Source: Lepidodermella squamata (taxonomy: Eukaryota; Animalia; Gastrotricha). Taken from it: DNA of 64,000 nt. Below the pieces are notes generated by a model that saw only the letters and a list, made by a program, of their open reading frames with translations, made no database searches and had not been told where the DNA came from. The stretch's first letter is position 1. Every line of letters begins with the position of its first letter. Both the position numbers and the translations under genes were made by a program. Below are positions 24,184-35,755 of the stretch, piece after piece. The stretch covers positions 2,666,001 to 2,730,000 of the forward strand of contig JBLDXI010000002.1 of assembly GCA_047495785.1 (NCBI GenBank), in the 5' to 3' direction.

Positions 24184-24338
24184 TGATGATCATGGGCTTT
24201 CGGATAGAAAGAGCTTCAATTTTTTTCGAAATTATTGGAGTCGATTTTGCAATTAATTTGCCTAGTATAAAGAATTTTATTTGTTGCAAACATTATTTTT
24301 TAATTTATATAGGTATCTTTATTAAATTTTTTTGGCCC

Positions 24339-26524
24339 ATGGCCAAATTAGTGGGCGTTCGCCCCGAAACCACTGAAAAATGCCGTCTAGGAGCCAAACA
24401 AATTCTGTTTTCATTCGAAGAAACCCGCCAGGTGAGGTCACTTCCTTGGTTGAAGGCATTATGACATGTATTTTAACTGCAATAATAGATGATCGTCGAA
24501 TTTGAGGCGAAAAGTTTGACAGCTGCTGAAATAAATGTTTTCTGCAAGACTTCGGATTGTTCGAATCTGGAGAAAAACTTTGCATTGCTTATGGAGCATA
24601 ATAAAGTCGACGAGCTGTTCTGCGTGCACCAAAAGGAGATGAGATCGCTGCTAACCGAGACGATTAGCTGCATATCGTGCCGTAAAAGTGCTGAAGAAAT
24701 GTTGAAGTTAGCCGCTGAAACCAATTGCCTAGCATTAGATCCACTGCACATCTCATCTGGCGGTTGCATCACTATCGACCGCCGTTACCAGGCGAAACCG
24801 GGGTTCGCCAAAACTCTTCACCATTTGTTACACTGCCACGCGTATGAGTGTTGCCCATTTTACTGACTGCTGTTGATTTGAGAGAGTATTTCAGAAATCG
24901 CATTTCAACGCACATCGAACCATCGCGTTGTCGCCGCTCTTGTAACACTTGCCGCTGCCCCTTCCACTCTTTGGATTCGCAGCGAGCGAAAACTGCGACG
25001 GGTTGGCTCGATCTCTGGTCGAACCTGAACGAAGAATGTCGAAAAGAAGTAACAACTATCTACGGCGATAGTCTCTTGCAAACCGTGAACTTGTTCTTAC
25101 GCCGTAACAAATTCTGCGCGTCTTGTCGAAGCCGCGTTCTCTCAGCCTATGACGTATTAGTCGGATACGAGCCCGCTAAAAATTTCGAAGGCTACAGCAG
25201 TGAACTGTTCGAGCAGTTTTCCCCGTGTTCGCCATCTCACCACGTTCACGTGCTGGGCAACGTCGACTTCATCTCGTCTCTGATTGCCAGAGCTGAACCA
25301 GATTTAGTCGGAAAGTAAGTTACCTAATCAATATTTCGAAAGCGATAAGATTTTCTCCATGATTTTTCGAGCCAGGAAGCCAATTTCTAGGCCGGGACCA
25401 ACCAGTTCCCATAGCCGAATCATCCTAGTAGTGAGGGGAAATCTTGAAAATATTTCGCTATTTCTTAAGGTGGAATTACGATTTTGAATGGAAAAATGGG
25501 CAACATGTTTTCTTCAAAATATCGCTATTTTAAAAAATCAGAGCAATCAACGCACATCGTAGAATATTTTTCAATAGTCTAGAAAACGTCCAATGTGGAA
25601 AAATTCGTCATTCTAACGCCTCAGTTTCATTTTTTAATAACTTTTCATTTTTAAATTTTTGCTATTTTTTTTAGCAAAGTTGAGCGGCATGCGACTAACA
25701 TGAAGGAAGCGCAAGAGGAAATGTTGACCTGTGTTGGCCTGTACCTACTGGACCGCTTTCAGCGATTATCCGTGCGTCTTAAAGCCGAGCACAACACATG
25801 GGACCTGCTAATATACTCCTGTTGGGTCGGTCTCAAGCGTAAAGTGGACAGTTTTGCGGATCAGCATCGCGGCACTGACGACATCGACGCTCTTTGCGCC
25901 GAGTTGGAGGTTCAGCGGCCGTTGGTCAAGAAAAAGAAGAAGAAAGCGAAGAAAGACGCGAGGAAGTCTCGACAGAAATCTTCGCCCATCCTACCGGGCG
26001 AGGTGGAGGAAGAGAACCTGGGTACCGGGAGTGAGGCGGAAGAGCCGAAAACACCAACGGATGTTAATGCCGATTGCCACGATACTTGGGAGCCGGTTCA
26101 ATGCTCCTCGTCTCATTCCGACGAATCTTGCTCTAAGGATTGCAAAAACAGCGGTGATGAGGAATTCAGTCTACCACCCGTTGTTGATAGTGGCAAATTA
26201 CCGTGCCCGATTTCGCACCTTTCAACTCGTTTTAGCTCAATGTTGAAAGCTGATAGCGACGAATCTGGCCGCGGTACCTCAGCCTCGTCTCAAAAGCGAC
26301 CTGGTCGAAAAGAAATCGACTTCAGTGATCCTGAATTTCTATCCGCGTGTTTTTGCGACGGCGATGACGATGATGATGACTGCGAAATTTTGTCGGAGGA
26401 AGAGTTACGGTGTTATGACCTGAAAAAATTGCGAAAACAGCGCGAAATTGAGGGCCAGCGCGTTCGTGAGCGGTTTTACAGCCGCCTTAGTCAATTAGCC
26501 GCGTCAAAAATCGAAAAGAACTAA
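24339..26524 (+). CDS. GGNBP2: Gametogenetin-binding protein 2-like, paralog b (4 exons; third intron expanded to ~360 nt)
   Basis: Same motifs and intron positions as paralog a; ERHATNMKEAQEEMLTCVG. Confidence 0.88.
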
Positions 26525-26583
26525 CAACAATTATTTTGCCCATAATGTAATTTATTCTTAAATTTTTATATTCATAATAGGCC

Positions 26584-28098
26584 ATGTTATCGAAGAAATT
26601 AATATATCGATTATGTTCGACGCTTTCAACGGCCCAACGCTTCCCTGCTTTGAAATTGAAGCGAAAATCGTCTTATTCCGAATTGAATGACCAAGACCTA
26701 AAAATATTCAAAGAAATTCTCAATAATGAACCCGGCCGGGTGGTAACTGACGCGGACCAGTTGGTTGACTACAACGTTGATTGGATGAAAACTTGTCATG
26801 GCCAGAGCAAATTAGCGTTACTTCCGAGGACGTCGCAAGAAGTTTCGGCCATTTTGAAGTATTGCAACGAACGGCGGCTAGCTGTATCACCCCGTGGCGG
26901 TAACACTGGCCTGGTTGGCGGGACTGTCCCGGTTTTCGACGAAATAGCCCTCTCAATGCGGCTGATGAATAAAATTGATTCAATCGACTCGACTAGCGGC
27001 ATCGTGACATGTGAGGCTGGTGTAATTCTCGATAATTTGGACAAGGCCGTGGCAGAGCACGGATTTACAGTCCCACTCGATTTAGGAGCCAGGCATAGTT
27101 GTCAAATCGGTGGGAATCTATCGACAAACGCTGGTGGGGTTCGGTTGTTACGCTACGGCTCACTTCGCGCTAATGTACTCGGCCTTGAATTCGTGAAAGC
27201 TGACGGCGAAATTGTAGACTGCCTATCGAAAATGCGTAAAGATAACACTGGCTTCGATTTGAAGTCACTCATGATAGGGGCGGAGGGAACATTGGGTATT
27301 ATCACCAAAGTCGCTCTTCTCTGCCCGCCGAAACCACAATCAGTCAATGTCTGCCTAGTAGCACTCAAGTCTTTCGACGATATTTTGAGATTTTTCAAAT
27401 TAACGCGCCGATTTTTATCGGAAATATTGTCAGCCTTCGAGTTTTTCGACCTCAACTCGAGTCAAGTTGTTGAAGAACATTTGCATCAACGCGTGCCTGT
27501 TGGAAATTTTCAGTCACCTTACTACGTTTTAATCGAAACCAGCGGTTCAAAGCATGAGCATGATTTTGAAAAACTGGAATTATTAACGGATGAAGTGCTG
27601 AAATCGGGTCTTTGCTCTGAAAATGATATCGTTCTAGCGAGTGATTTGACCCAACAAAAGCAAATTTGGAAAATTCGAGATGAAATTTCAGTGGCGTTGC
27701 AAAAAGATGGCTACGTCTACAAGTTCGATATATCTCTGCCTCAGCCTGAATTTCCGCGAATGCATCAAACAATTCGTGATCGGATTTCTGCGCTAGGAAA
27801 ATCGAAATTTCGAGTCGCAAGTTACGGCCACGTTGGCGACGGAAATTTACACCTGAACATAACGTCACCATCCTATGATGCGCAAATAGCCGCGGCTCTC
27901 GATCCGTTCATTTTCGAACAGGTCGCCAAAGTTGGCGGTTCAATAAGCGCCGAGCATGGCCTTGGATTACGAAAGCGAAAATATATTGGCTATTCGAAAA
28001 GCCAGGAAGCAATCGGACTAATGCGGTCGATGAAGAAATTATTCGATCCTAACGGAATTTTGAATCCCTATAAAACCGTTGATCCCGATTTGGATTAG
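26584..28098 (+). CDS. D2HGDH: D-2-hydroxyglutarate dehydrogenase, mitochondrial (intronless)
   Basis: Basic transit-like N-terminus; PRGGNTGLVGG.VPVFDE; IGGNLSTNAGG.RLLRYGSL; RKDNTGFDLK; GHVGDGNLH; SISAEHGLG; DPNGILNPYK. Confidence 0.96.
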   Translation: MLSKKLIYRLCSTLSTAQRFPALKLKRKSSYSELNDQDLKIFKEILNNEPGRVVTDADQLVDYNVDWMKTCHGQSKLALLPRTSQEVSAILKYCNERRLAVSPRGGNTGLVGGTVPVFDEIALSMRLMNKIDSIDSTSGIVTCEAGVILDNLDKAVAEHGFTVPLDLGARHSCQIGGNLSTNAGGVRLLRYGSLRANVLGLEFVKADGEIVDCLSKMRKDNTGFDLKSLMIGAEGTLGIITKVALLCPPKPQSVNVCLVALKSFDDILRFFKLTRRFLSEILSAFEFFDLNSSQVVEEHLHQRVPVGNFQSPYYVLIETSGSKHEHDFEKLELLTDEVLKSGLCSENDIVLASDLTQQKQIWKIRDEISVALQKDGYVYKFDISLPQPEFPRMHQTIRDRISALGKSKFRVASYGHVGDGNLHLNITSPSYDAQIAAALDPFIFEQVAKVGGSISAEHGLGLRKRKYIGYSKSQEAIGLMRSMKKLFDPNGILNPYKTVDPDLD

Positions 28099-28214
28099 AT
28101 AATATTTATGTGCTGCTTTCAGTCTGTGATTTAATTGATATCTAAGGAGGATTATTTTATTTTTTGAACCGAAGATTTCTTCCCTTGATTTTTTTCTAAT
28201 TTTTTTAGTGTTTT

Positions 28215-31200
28215 ATGGGAAGTTTATTCTCAATGGCTGGACAAAATGACGATATTTTGCTGTTATCAGGCGCCCACCATGAGAGAGCTTTGTCACCCAT
28301 TGACCTGACAAGTGATCCTATCGACCACAGCGCAATCGCAGACACACCTAATGCTCAACCCAGCGTACTGGGGCGTCTCTCGGTCAATCCTACAGAAATC
28401 ACACGGCGGCACCCTGCGACCGAAATCGCGACAGGTGGCGACCCGTTTGTAGCAGATACGTCGAAAGCCGCCTTAATCAATGACAGTCTCGAGGGCGGCC
28501 TAGGCGCAAGTGGAGAGACGGAGCCCCCCGATGACGGCCCGAGTGATTACCACGACGCGGGCGAGGACCACCCGCCGACCAGCCTCATCGAAACCTTCAT
28601 CAATTTTATGAAGGGGAACATCGGAACCGGTGTTCTAGCTATGCCTGATGCTATAAAGAACGCAGGGTTGTTCTTCGGTACTGCCAGCTTAATGGCCCTC
28701 GGAATTCTTTCAACCTACTGCTGTCATCAATTGCTCCACGTTTATACAAGTGTTTCTAATGGCAAACCAATGGGCTACGCTCGAGTAGCTGAGCTGACTT
28801 TCTTTAAGGCCGGCGGCAGTTTTCGGAGGTTTTCCAAGATTTCTCGGTATATTATCGACACGTTCCTGGTTGTGACTCAAATCGGGTTTTGTTGTGTCTA
28901 CATTTTGTTCTGTTCCAAGTAGGTCACTTTTGATTGTCTTATCGCTCGCCTAATCTTGTTTCAACCCTCAGGATGATAAAACAAGTGGTTGATAGTCAAA
29001 TAGCCCCTGGTTCTGGTCCGTCCATTCAAGTGTATGAATCAGCAGTTCTCGCCCTGCTGATTCCTTACTGCTTTGTGACAACTTTGAAAGTGCTTTCAAT
29101 ATTTACGCTCTTTGCTAATATCGCAACTATAACAACACTAATCGTCGTGCTGCAGTATGTTTTCCGCAATCTACAGCCAACTGAAGATGTCGCTTGGTAT
29201 CCTACAGATTTCAACACCGTTCCGGTGAGTAAAAATATAAATCTACCTTCTAGTTTTCCAGTGAAAGCTGCAAATTTTAATGACGTAAGAGTGGCGGTCT
29301 AAAATTTTCAAAGTGAAGTGAAAAATCTTACAATTGGAAAGTTCCACTAGCGCTCTAAAACACATTAGAAATGCAATACATTTCAAGGCTGGGGGCGTCG
29401 TTCGACCGATCGGGGTTTCATCAGCAAACGGTGCAACGCTATCAGGTTGAGTTTCACCGGCTTGTTCAGTTTCGTGACCATTAGGCAGCTGCTGGTATGG
29501 TGTCGCTAAATCCCCATCATGACTCTTCGTCGGATTCCATTTCAGTATCGGCACAGTAGGTCGGAGCTAGTCGTCCGATTCGCTGAGCTTAATCCCATTT
29601 TCGAAAAGTTCGCTCAACTACCAAAATGCTGCATTCTGGACCGGTACATGCGCGTGAAATTTACATAAGTTATCAGATCTTTTCCGTATCCTGATGTGTC
29701 AAGAGGTCCATATTCTGATAATACATATAGCGGCAGGTAAACGAGGCGCTATTTACAGTACACACAAAAGTCAGGTCGGCAAGAACTGCTGGAAATAAAT
29801 GTGAAAAATGAGCGTAAATATAAAATTTAGAGCCAAAATTAAAGAATTAAATTCTTATCAAGATGACGCTAAAACCCTCGAAAACGACGAGTAAGGTGTT
29901 GTCGATGACGTTGTCGGGTGTGATTCAACGGTGCTGCTACTAGGGGTTGAGAGGACGGATGGCGGAGAGGACGAAGGAGGTAAAGATGCAGTAGAAGGTG
30001 TATCCGAAGTTGAGCAAATCCTCCACAAGACGCATAAGGGCGAATCGTCCGCCATGGCAAAACAAACACAAAACAAGATTCCTAAAGTGAAATATTGTTT
30101 TTATACTCCATGGAGCTATGTAAATGACCGTGTGAGAAAGACGATATGCTAATGAGCATGATTTTACAATCAAAGCCTTGATCTTGAAAGGATGCAACCA
30201 GAGGCAAGTCAGATAGCAGGATAAAACTGATGTGGCAGTGACCCAAAAGTCTCCTTTCTTGCCGTCGTCAACGGCAACGGCGACCTTTATTTTTCTTTTA
30301 ATTCAAACATAACAGTAAACATAACACAGTAAAATAATTAAAATTTTTTATTTATTTTGAAAATTGCGCGCGTATTTATCGCTCTTTTGTGTGTACTGTA
30401 TCTCCTTTCCGCAATTTATCGGGAGGTCGTTTAGAAAGTCGGAATAACGTGAAAACGCAAACGAAAATCATATCATTATGGAGCGATGAAAGCCATTCGC
30501 GAAAATGAATTATAGGTGATATAGCTAAATTGCCAATTGAGACGCCATCGAATGACCCTTCAGCCCAACATGACAATATGACAAAGTGAGGTTGGACGAG
30601 AGAACAAAACGATTCAATGGTGTAGACGACATCGGTGGCGATGCCGGTTAGTTGATAGCTTGATTTGAATGCAGAGGGCGAGAAACTTGAGCCACTGGCC
30701 GCTGGCATGTTGTCGAAGTTGGTGCTGAAACGGACGGAGGGAGGCGCGGGAATTCCTCGCCTTGCCCGGACCTTGCCCGGACCTTGCCCAGCGCTTTTAG
30801 TATCATGACGATGATTCATCGAATCTCTTCTGAAGAAGAAATTTCTTGCACCAAGGTGATAAATTTGTTTCAGGGTGGGATAGAGCGGGTAACGCAGAAA
30901 ATGCACATGGGTGAAGTCGCCCGGAGGTTCGCTCATGTTATTCTCGGAGTTCATTTGAAAATCGCCAAGGGAAGTTGGGTTCGTATGGCATTCGAGCGGC
31001 GGCAGCTATTTGCCATCGAGCCGACAACAGTTTCGTGATTTGGCCTTCGCAAACCGCCGAAGTCAGATCTTGGCATCCCTGGATCAACTCGAGCTAAACA
31101 AGTAACATGAGATCAATTTTATTGAGCAGAATACGGGCGTCGACGCAGGTACCAAATTTCGAAATTGCCAGCCGGTTAACGATCGTGATTATAAAAATTT

Positions 31201-32020
31201 CACCAACTTGTAGCGATGAACTAGTGTAAAGGGGTCAGTCCGCGAGTTATATCTCCGGAGTTTTTTGAAGCAACTTTGGATGATGATAGAATTAGCTCAA
31301 TTATTCAATTTTTTAGTTCTCATCTGAAATTTCGCTAAATTTGTTTTGCATTTTTAGCTATTTTTTGGAACTGCCATGTTTGCATTCGAGTCAATTGGAC
31401 TGATTCTGCCCATCGAAAACCGCATGAAGGATCGCGATGAATTCCACCATTGGAACGGCCTGCTATCGACCTGCATGATTTGCATCATCTGCCTCTACTG
31501 CACTATGGGCTTCTACGGCTACCTAGCTTTCGGCGCCGAATCGCAAATGATTCTGTCGAACATGCCGGACAACAGCTGGCTATACCTGTCAATCAAACTG
31601 CTTTACGGCACCTCAATTTTCATTTCCTACAACCTCCAGTTATACGTGCCAATCCAAATCGTGTACCCCAGCCTGAAGAAAATGGTCAATAAGCCGTGGT
31701 TTGACAAATATGGCGAGTACCTATTCCGGACTGCTATGGTCATCTTCACATACGGCCTCGCTATCGGCATCCCGTGCCTCGAACTCATGATCAGTTTATT
31801 CGGCGCCCTGGCCTCCAGCGGTCTTGCCCTGATTTTCCCGCCCATTCTCGAGGTCGTCGCCTGCTTCCATAAGGGCCAACGTCACAAATTGACGCCGTTG
31901 CTGGTCGCGAAAAACGTGATCATTTGCTCCATCGGCGTTTCTGGAACAGTAATTGGGACATTCACGTCAATCCAGGCTATCGTCGACGCCCTCGGCAAAC
32001 CAGACGGCTGTAACTCGTGA
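28215..32020 (+). CDS. Proton-coupled amino acid transporter (SLC36/pathetic family). Exons 28215-28918, 28972-29224, 31358-32020
   Basis: FMKGNIGTGVLAMPDA.KNAGL; TQIGFCCVY; FFGTAMFAFESIGLILPIEN.M; GFYGYLAFG. Confidence 0.93.
29858..30159 (-). CDS. Possible small secreted Ser/Thr/Pro-rich peptide gene nested antisense in SLC36 intron 2 (exons 30159-30129, 30081-29858; 84 aa)
   Basis: A 47-nt GT-AG intron joins MLISISSFSH-G-ILFCVCFAMA (signal-like) to DDSPLCVLWRIC plus an S/T/P-rich tail. Confidence 0.35.
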
Positions 32021-32824
32021 GCGAAAAAAGCGCCAATATATCGAAATTAACATATGCAATTCTATTAGTATACCGCCGTGATTCTAGAGCTTTCTGCTTT
32101 TATACCATACTTTAATTTTTATTTAGGATGTTAATTATTATGATTTTGTCTAGTTTTTTCTGTCAGTATTAAAATTTGTGTTGATTTTTTAACGAAATAA
32201 AGACGGTGAAATTAGGTGAGGGGTGGCTGGTGATATGAGACAAGGCTTGACAATAAAATGAAAAATGATTTCTACATCAGAGTGTTTTTTTCATTTCTGA
32301 ACTGAAAGCTGAACCGAATGTGAATAAACAAGCCGATTCGATCAAGGCAAAACTCTTCCACGAGAAATGCTAGCGAGCCAAGCCGAGAAATGTAGTTAGA
32401 AAAATCTAGTTTTCTGGATCAGATTAAGCTTATAATCCTCGCTATCATAAATTTAAAATATCCACCTTAATTTTATAATTTTTAACTTTATGCGATATAT
32501 TCATCCTCTTTTATACTCTAAAAAAACTGGTTATCAAATTTCGGGACTCCAGAAATAATTGCCGAGCTGCCTAGTAAAATCCGTATTCTGGAACCTAGAG
32601 CGAGGTTATTGCTACTCAAGCGAGATAAAAGAAAGCAGCGCGACACGCATTTTTCATTTAGCCCGATGATTCATGCCAACATCACACACACGCATGTTTA
32701 ATGCCAGCGGTATAGTGCGTGGCTTTTGATCGATGGCTGCGTTATAATGCTGCAAAATGCGCACCTTGAGTTATTCGACCTGTTTTGGTTACTTCTTTAT
32801 CATCCGCCTTAATTATTATTGGCC

Positions 32825-34368
32825 ATGTCGTCTGAAGACGCTGTTGCTTCTACTGCCGAAGAAGACTTTGAAGTTTTGGAAGGGACTCAACAGAACCAAG
32901 AACAACGGTTGGGTCTCTCGAAAACAAAATCCTGGTCGATACCTGTTGATGCAATATCCGGCAATGCTACAACGCTCCTGCCTATTCTCGACGTTTGCGA
33001 GATCCGTGGGTGCCAGCGAGAAGTTGCGGGTGTGGCTTGTTACCATTGCGGCAAGCGGCTTTGCGAGTTGGACACCATGCTACACCGCGAAAAAATTGCC
33101 GACGAGCTACTCCAAACTGTCAGAGGCGTAAGATATTATTTTCCTATCTTACCGAAAATTACCATCATAATTAATAGCTTCAAAAACGAGTTAATTCTCT
33201 GCAGAGCTCTTCAGATTCAGAGTTCATCTTGGCGAAACTTGACAAGTACTTCCTCGAGAAGCAAACAACTCATGCGAAACAGGAAATTGAAAAATGGGGA
33301 GCTGATACGAAAGATGCCCTATCAGCGATGATTGACAAGCGAGTTGCCGAATTGTTGGCAAGGGCTCAGGCGATACAAACTCTCGAACGAACACGTGTCA
33401 ATGAAGCGCGTGATAAATTGGCAACGATGAAGGAAAAATTCGAAAAACTGGGCCAAGTGGCTCATTCTTTAGAGTTTGAGCGAATCCAGCGACTTGACCT
33501 AGCTGCGATCGGAAGCCAGGTTGCAGAAGCCTCGACTGAGCTGATCTATCTCGAAAATGTGAATGTCGCTGTTCCAAAGTTTCGGCGGCACGATGGCGTC
33601 GATCATTTCACAGAAAAACTCGAGGAAAAATTCGTATCTACCGCTGAATGTGTTGGGGAGGTGAAGAGCTTAGCCGAATTCAAATTGGACATCGATTCCG
33701 AAGAGGTAGTAATTTATAAGTTTTGGCTAAATAATCATAAAAAGCGCCCGTTTTGCAAGCGTATGGCGAAAGTTACCCCACTAATGCCACTGATCCCGAA
33801 GCCTAAAGGTTCATCTTCGGTAAATATTTCGTTTATTTCCAATGCCAAACATGTTTAGTTTTTAATTCAGCTCATGTTTATGCCGGTTACCTTCGACAAC
33901 CAAATTCCAGGTAGCTGCGTCAAAATCGTCTCAGATGGTTTGATTGCCGAGAAAGACTTCAAAGCTAAGAACGACAATTCCTATGATAGTACTTCCTTGC
34001 TTCCGATTTACGTTCGGAAAGCTCCTGATACAGCTCTCAATCGATTCATCTGCAAATCATCCCGACCATTGCGTGTTGGAGAGAGCTTCAAGCTGTCGGT
34101 TGTGTCCGAGACCACAGGCAGTGATTCTGCCAAGTTTGACGTGTTTTTGGTCCAGTCTGAATCCTGGTTTCCCAACGCGGAGGTTTTATGCCGCGCGGCT
34201 GTAAACGGCGAATCGACTTTAGTGACGCGCCAATCAGATGGCACTGCGAGTATTGGCGATCAGACATTCACGCTTCCAGCCACCAGTCGCGACGTATGGC
34301 TGTATGTAAATTTAAATGGGACTGCTAATGCTTTAAAAATCGAGCAACAACTACAACAAACTGACTGA
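32825..34368 (+). CDS. RING-less TRIM-like protein: B-box-like Zn finger, coiled coil, C-terminal neuralized-homology (NHR)-like domain; internal exon junctions partly uncertain
   Basis: CEIRGC..CYHCGKRLCELD..H; helical heptad-like segment; F...GSCVKIVSDGLIA..SSRPLRVGESF..VWLYVNLNGTANALKI. Confidence 0.65.
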
Positions 34369-35755
34369 CAGAGAGACAGAAAATCACGCTTCAGACGGCA
34401 TTAATTATTAACTTGTCTCATTTGTGTTTACCTGTGCGCCGGTTCTACCCTATTATCGTGACTAGGGCAATGTGAATAATTCCAGGTGCCACATGGGCAT
34501 TACTTGCGTGTTCCCGTTCCCCCTTTATTTTTCGTCTGCAATTCTTAATATTGCTAAAACTTCGTAATTTTCAAATCATTACAATAATTATTTATCTTGC
34601 TGCTTTCAGGGGCAATAAAATTTGAAATTGTTCTGTATGAATCATTTTGACCTCCTTTTTCTTCTTTTGTCTCGCCCCTAATAGCCAAAAAATATTTGCT
34701 CCGGTTACTCGGGCTAGAGGAGAGGACATTTATGCTGCTGAAATAGAAAATTTCTTGAAAAAATTGCCTTGTTTAATCCGGAGAGAGTAGTCCTATGCCG
34801 TAGTTGAGAAAAATCCCGGAAATTGCAATCCTTTCCGCGTCGGATACTACGATTCGCACATTGAATGTAACGTAGCTAATGCTTGATTTACTAGCGGTCG
34901 AGTACGCCATAATATAACAAAAAAATTATTCTAATCCCCAAAATCTCCATATTTATGCTCGCAACCCACCTGACCCGCTCAAATAAAACCGACTGCGCAT
35001 GCCTGGCGCTGAAGGATTTTTACTCGGTATGTGGTGTGTATGGATTATGGAGTTTTACAACCAAACTGCGCGCGCACTGGCTCCGCAGTCCCGCAGGCGG
35101 CGCCTTACAACGGCATTAAAGTGGCTTCTGTTTTTTGCATCCGCGATGATCCGCGTTTGGGGCATGTTTTTTGCCCAAGTGGCCAGCCGGGCGATAATTC
35201 GATCGGCGCAAGATTGGTTTTCGTAAAAAATCTTTCCCCGCAGCATCGTTAGCATAATAATGTTTTCATTAACATTTTAATAGCACATGGGGCTACTCTC
35301 GCGTTTGACGCCCATCGCCTGTCACACTCTCTTCTCGCCGTCGCTCCGGGGCCGAATTTTGATACATCGCGATATTTCATTGCGGCGAGCGCCAGGCTGA
35401 TTCGACTACGACAATTTACTGTTTGCTTTTTGGCAAATGACAATATTAAAACAAAATGTGCGATATTATTATGACGTATCCGTGACGGCGTTTTGACACT
35501 AGTGGCCACTCTGCGCTCGTGCCGCCGCTGCCGCCGATCATGCGCGCGTCCATTTTATAGAGACACAACCGCAGCAATTTTCGCGCCGCTATAATATCGC
35601 GTTCACTATTTTATTCAATAACGAATTAATGGCGTTACAATGCGACTGATGATGAATGTCGAGAATGATGCTGTTCTAACCTCTCATCGTTTTGCATCGC
35701 CAGAACTCCCCATCGCCAGCGCCAGCCTGCCGATGTTGTTTAACATTTTGTCGAC

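Noticed and set aside
35640-35700. TGATGA as a box C/D snoRNA
   Set aside because: No suitably placed CTGA box D or terminal stem.
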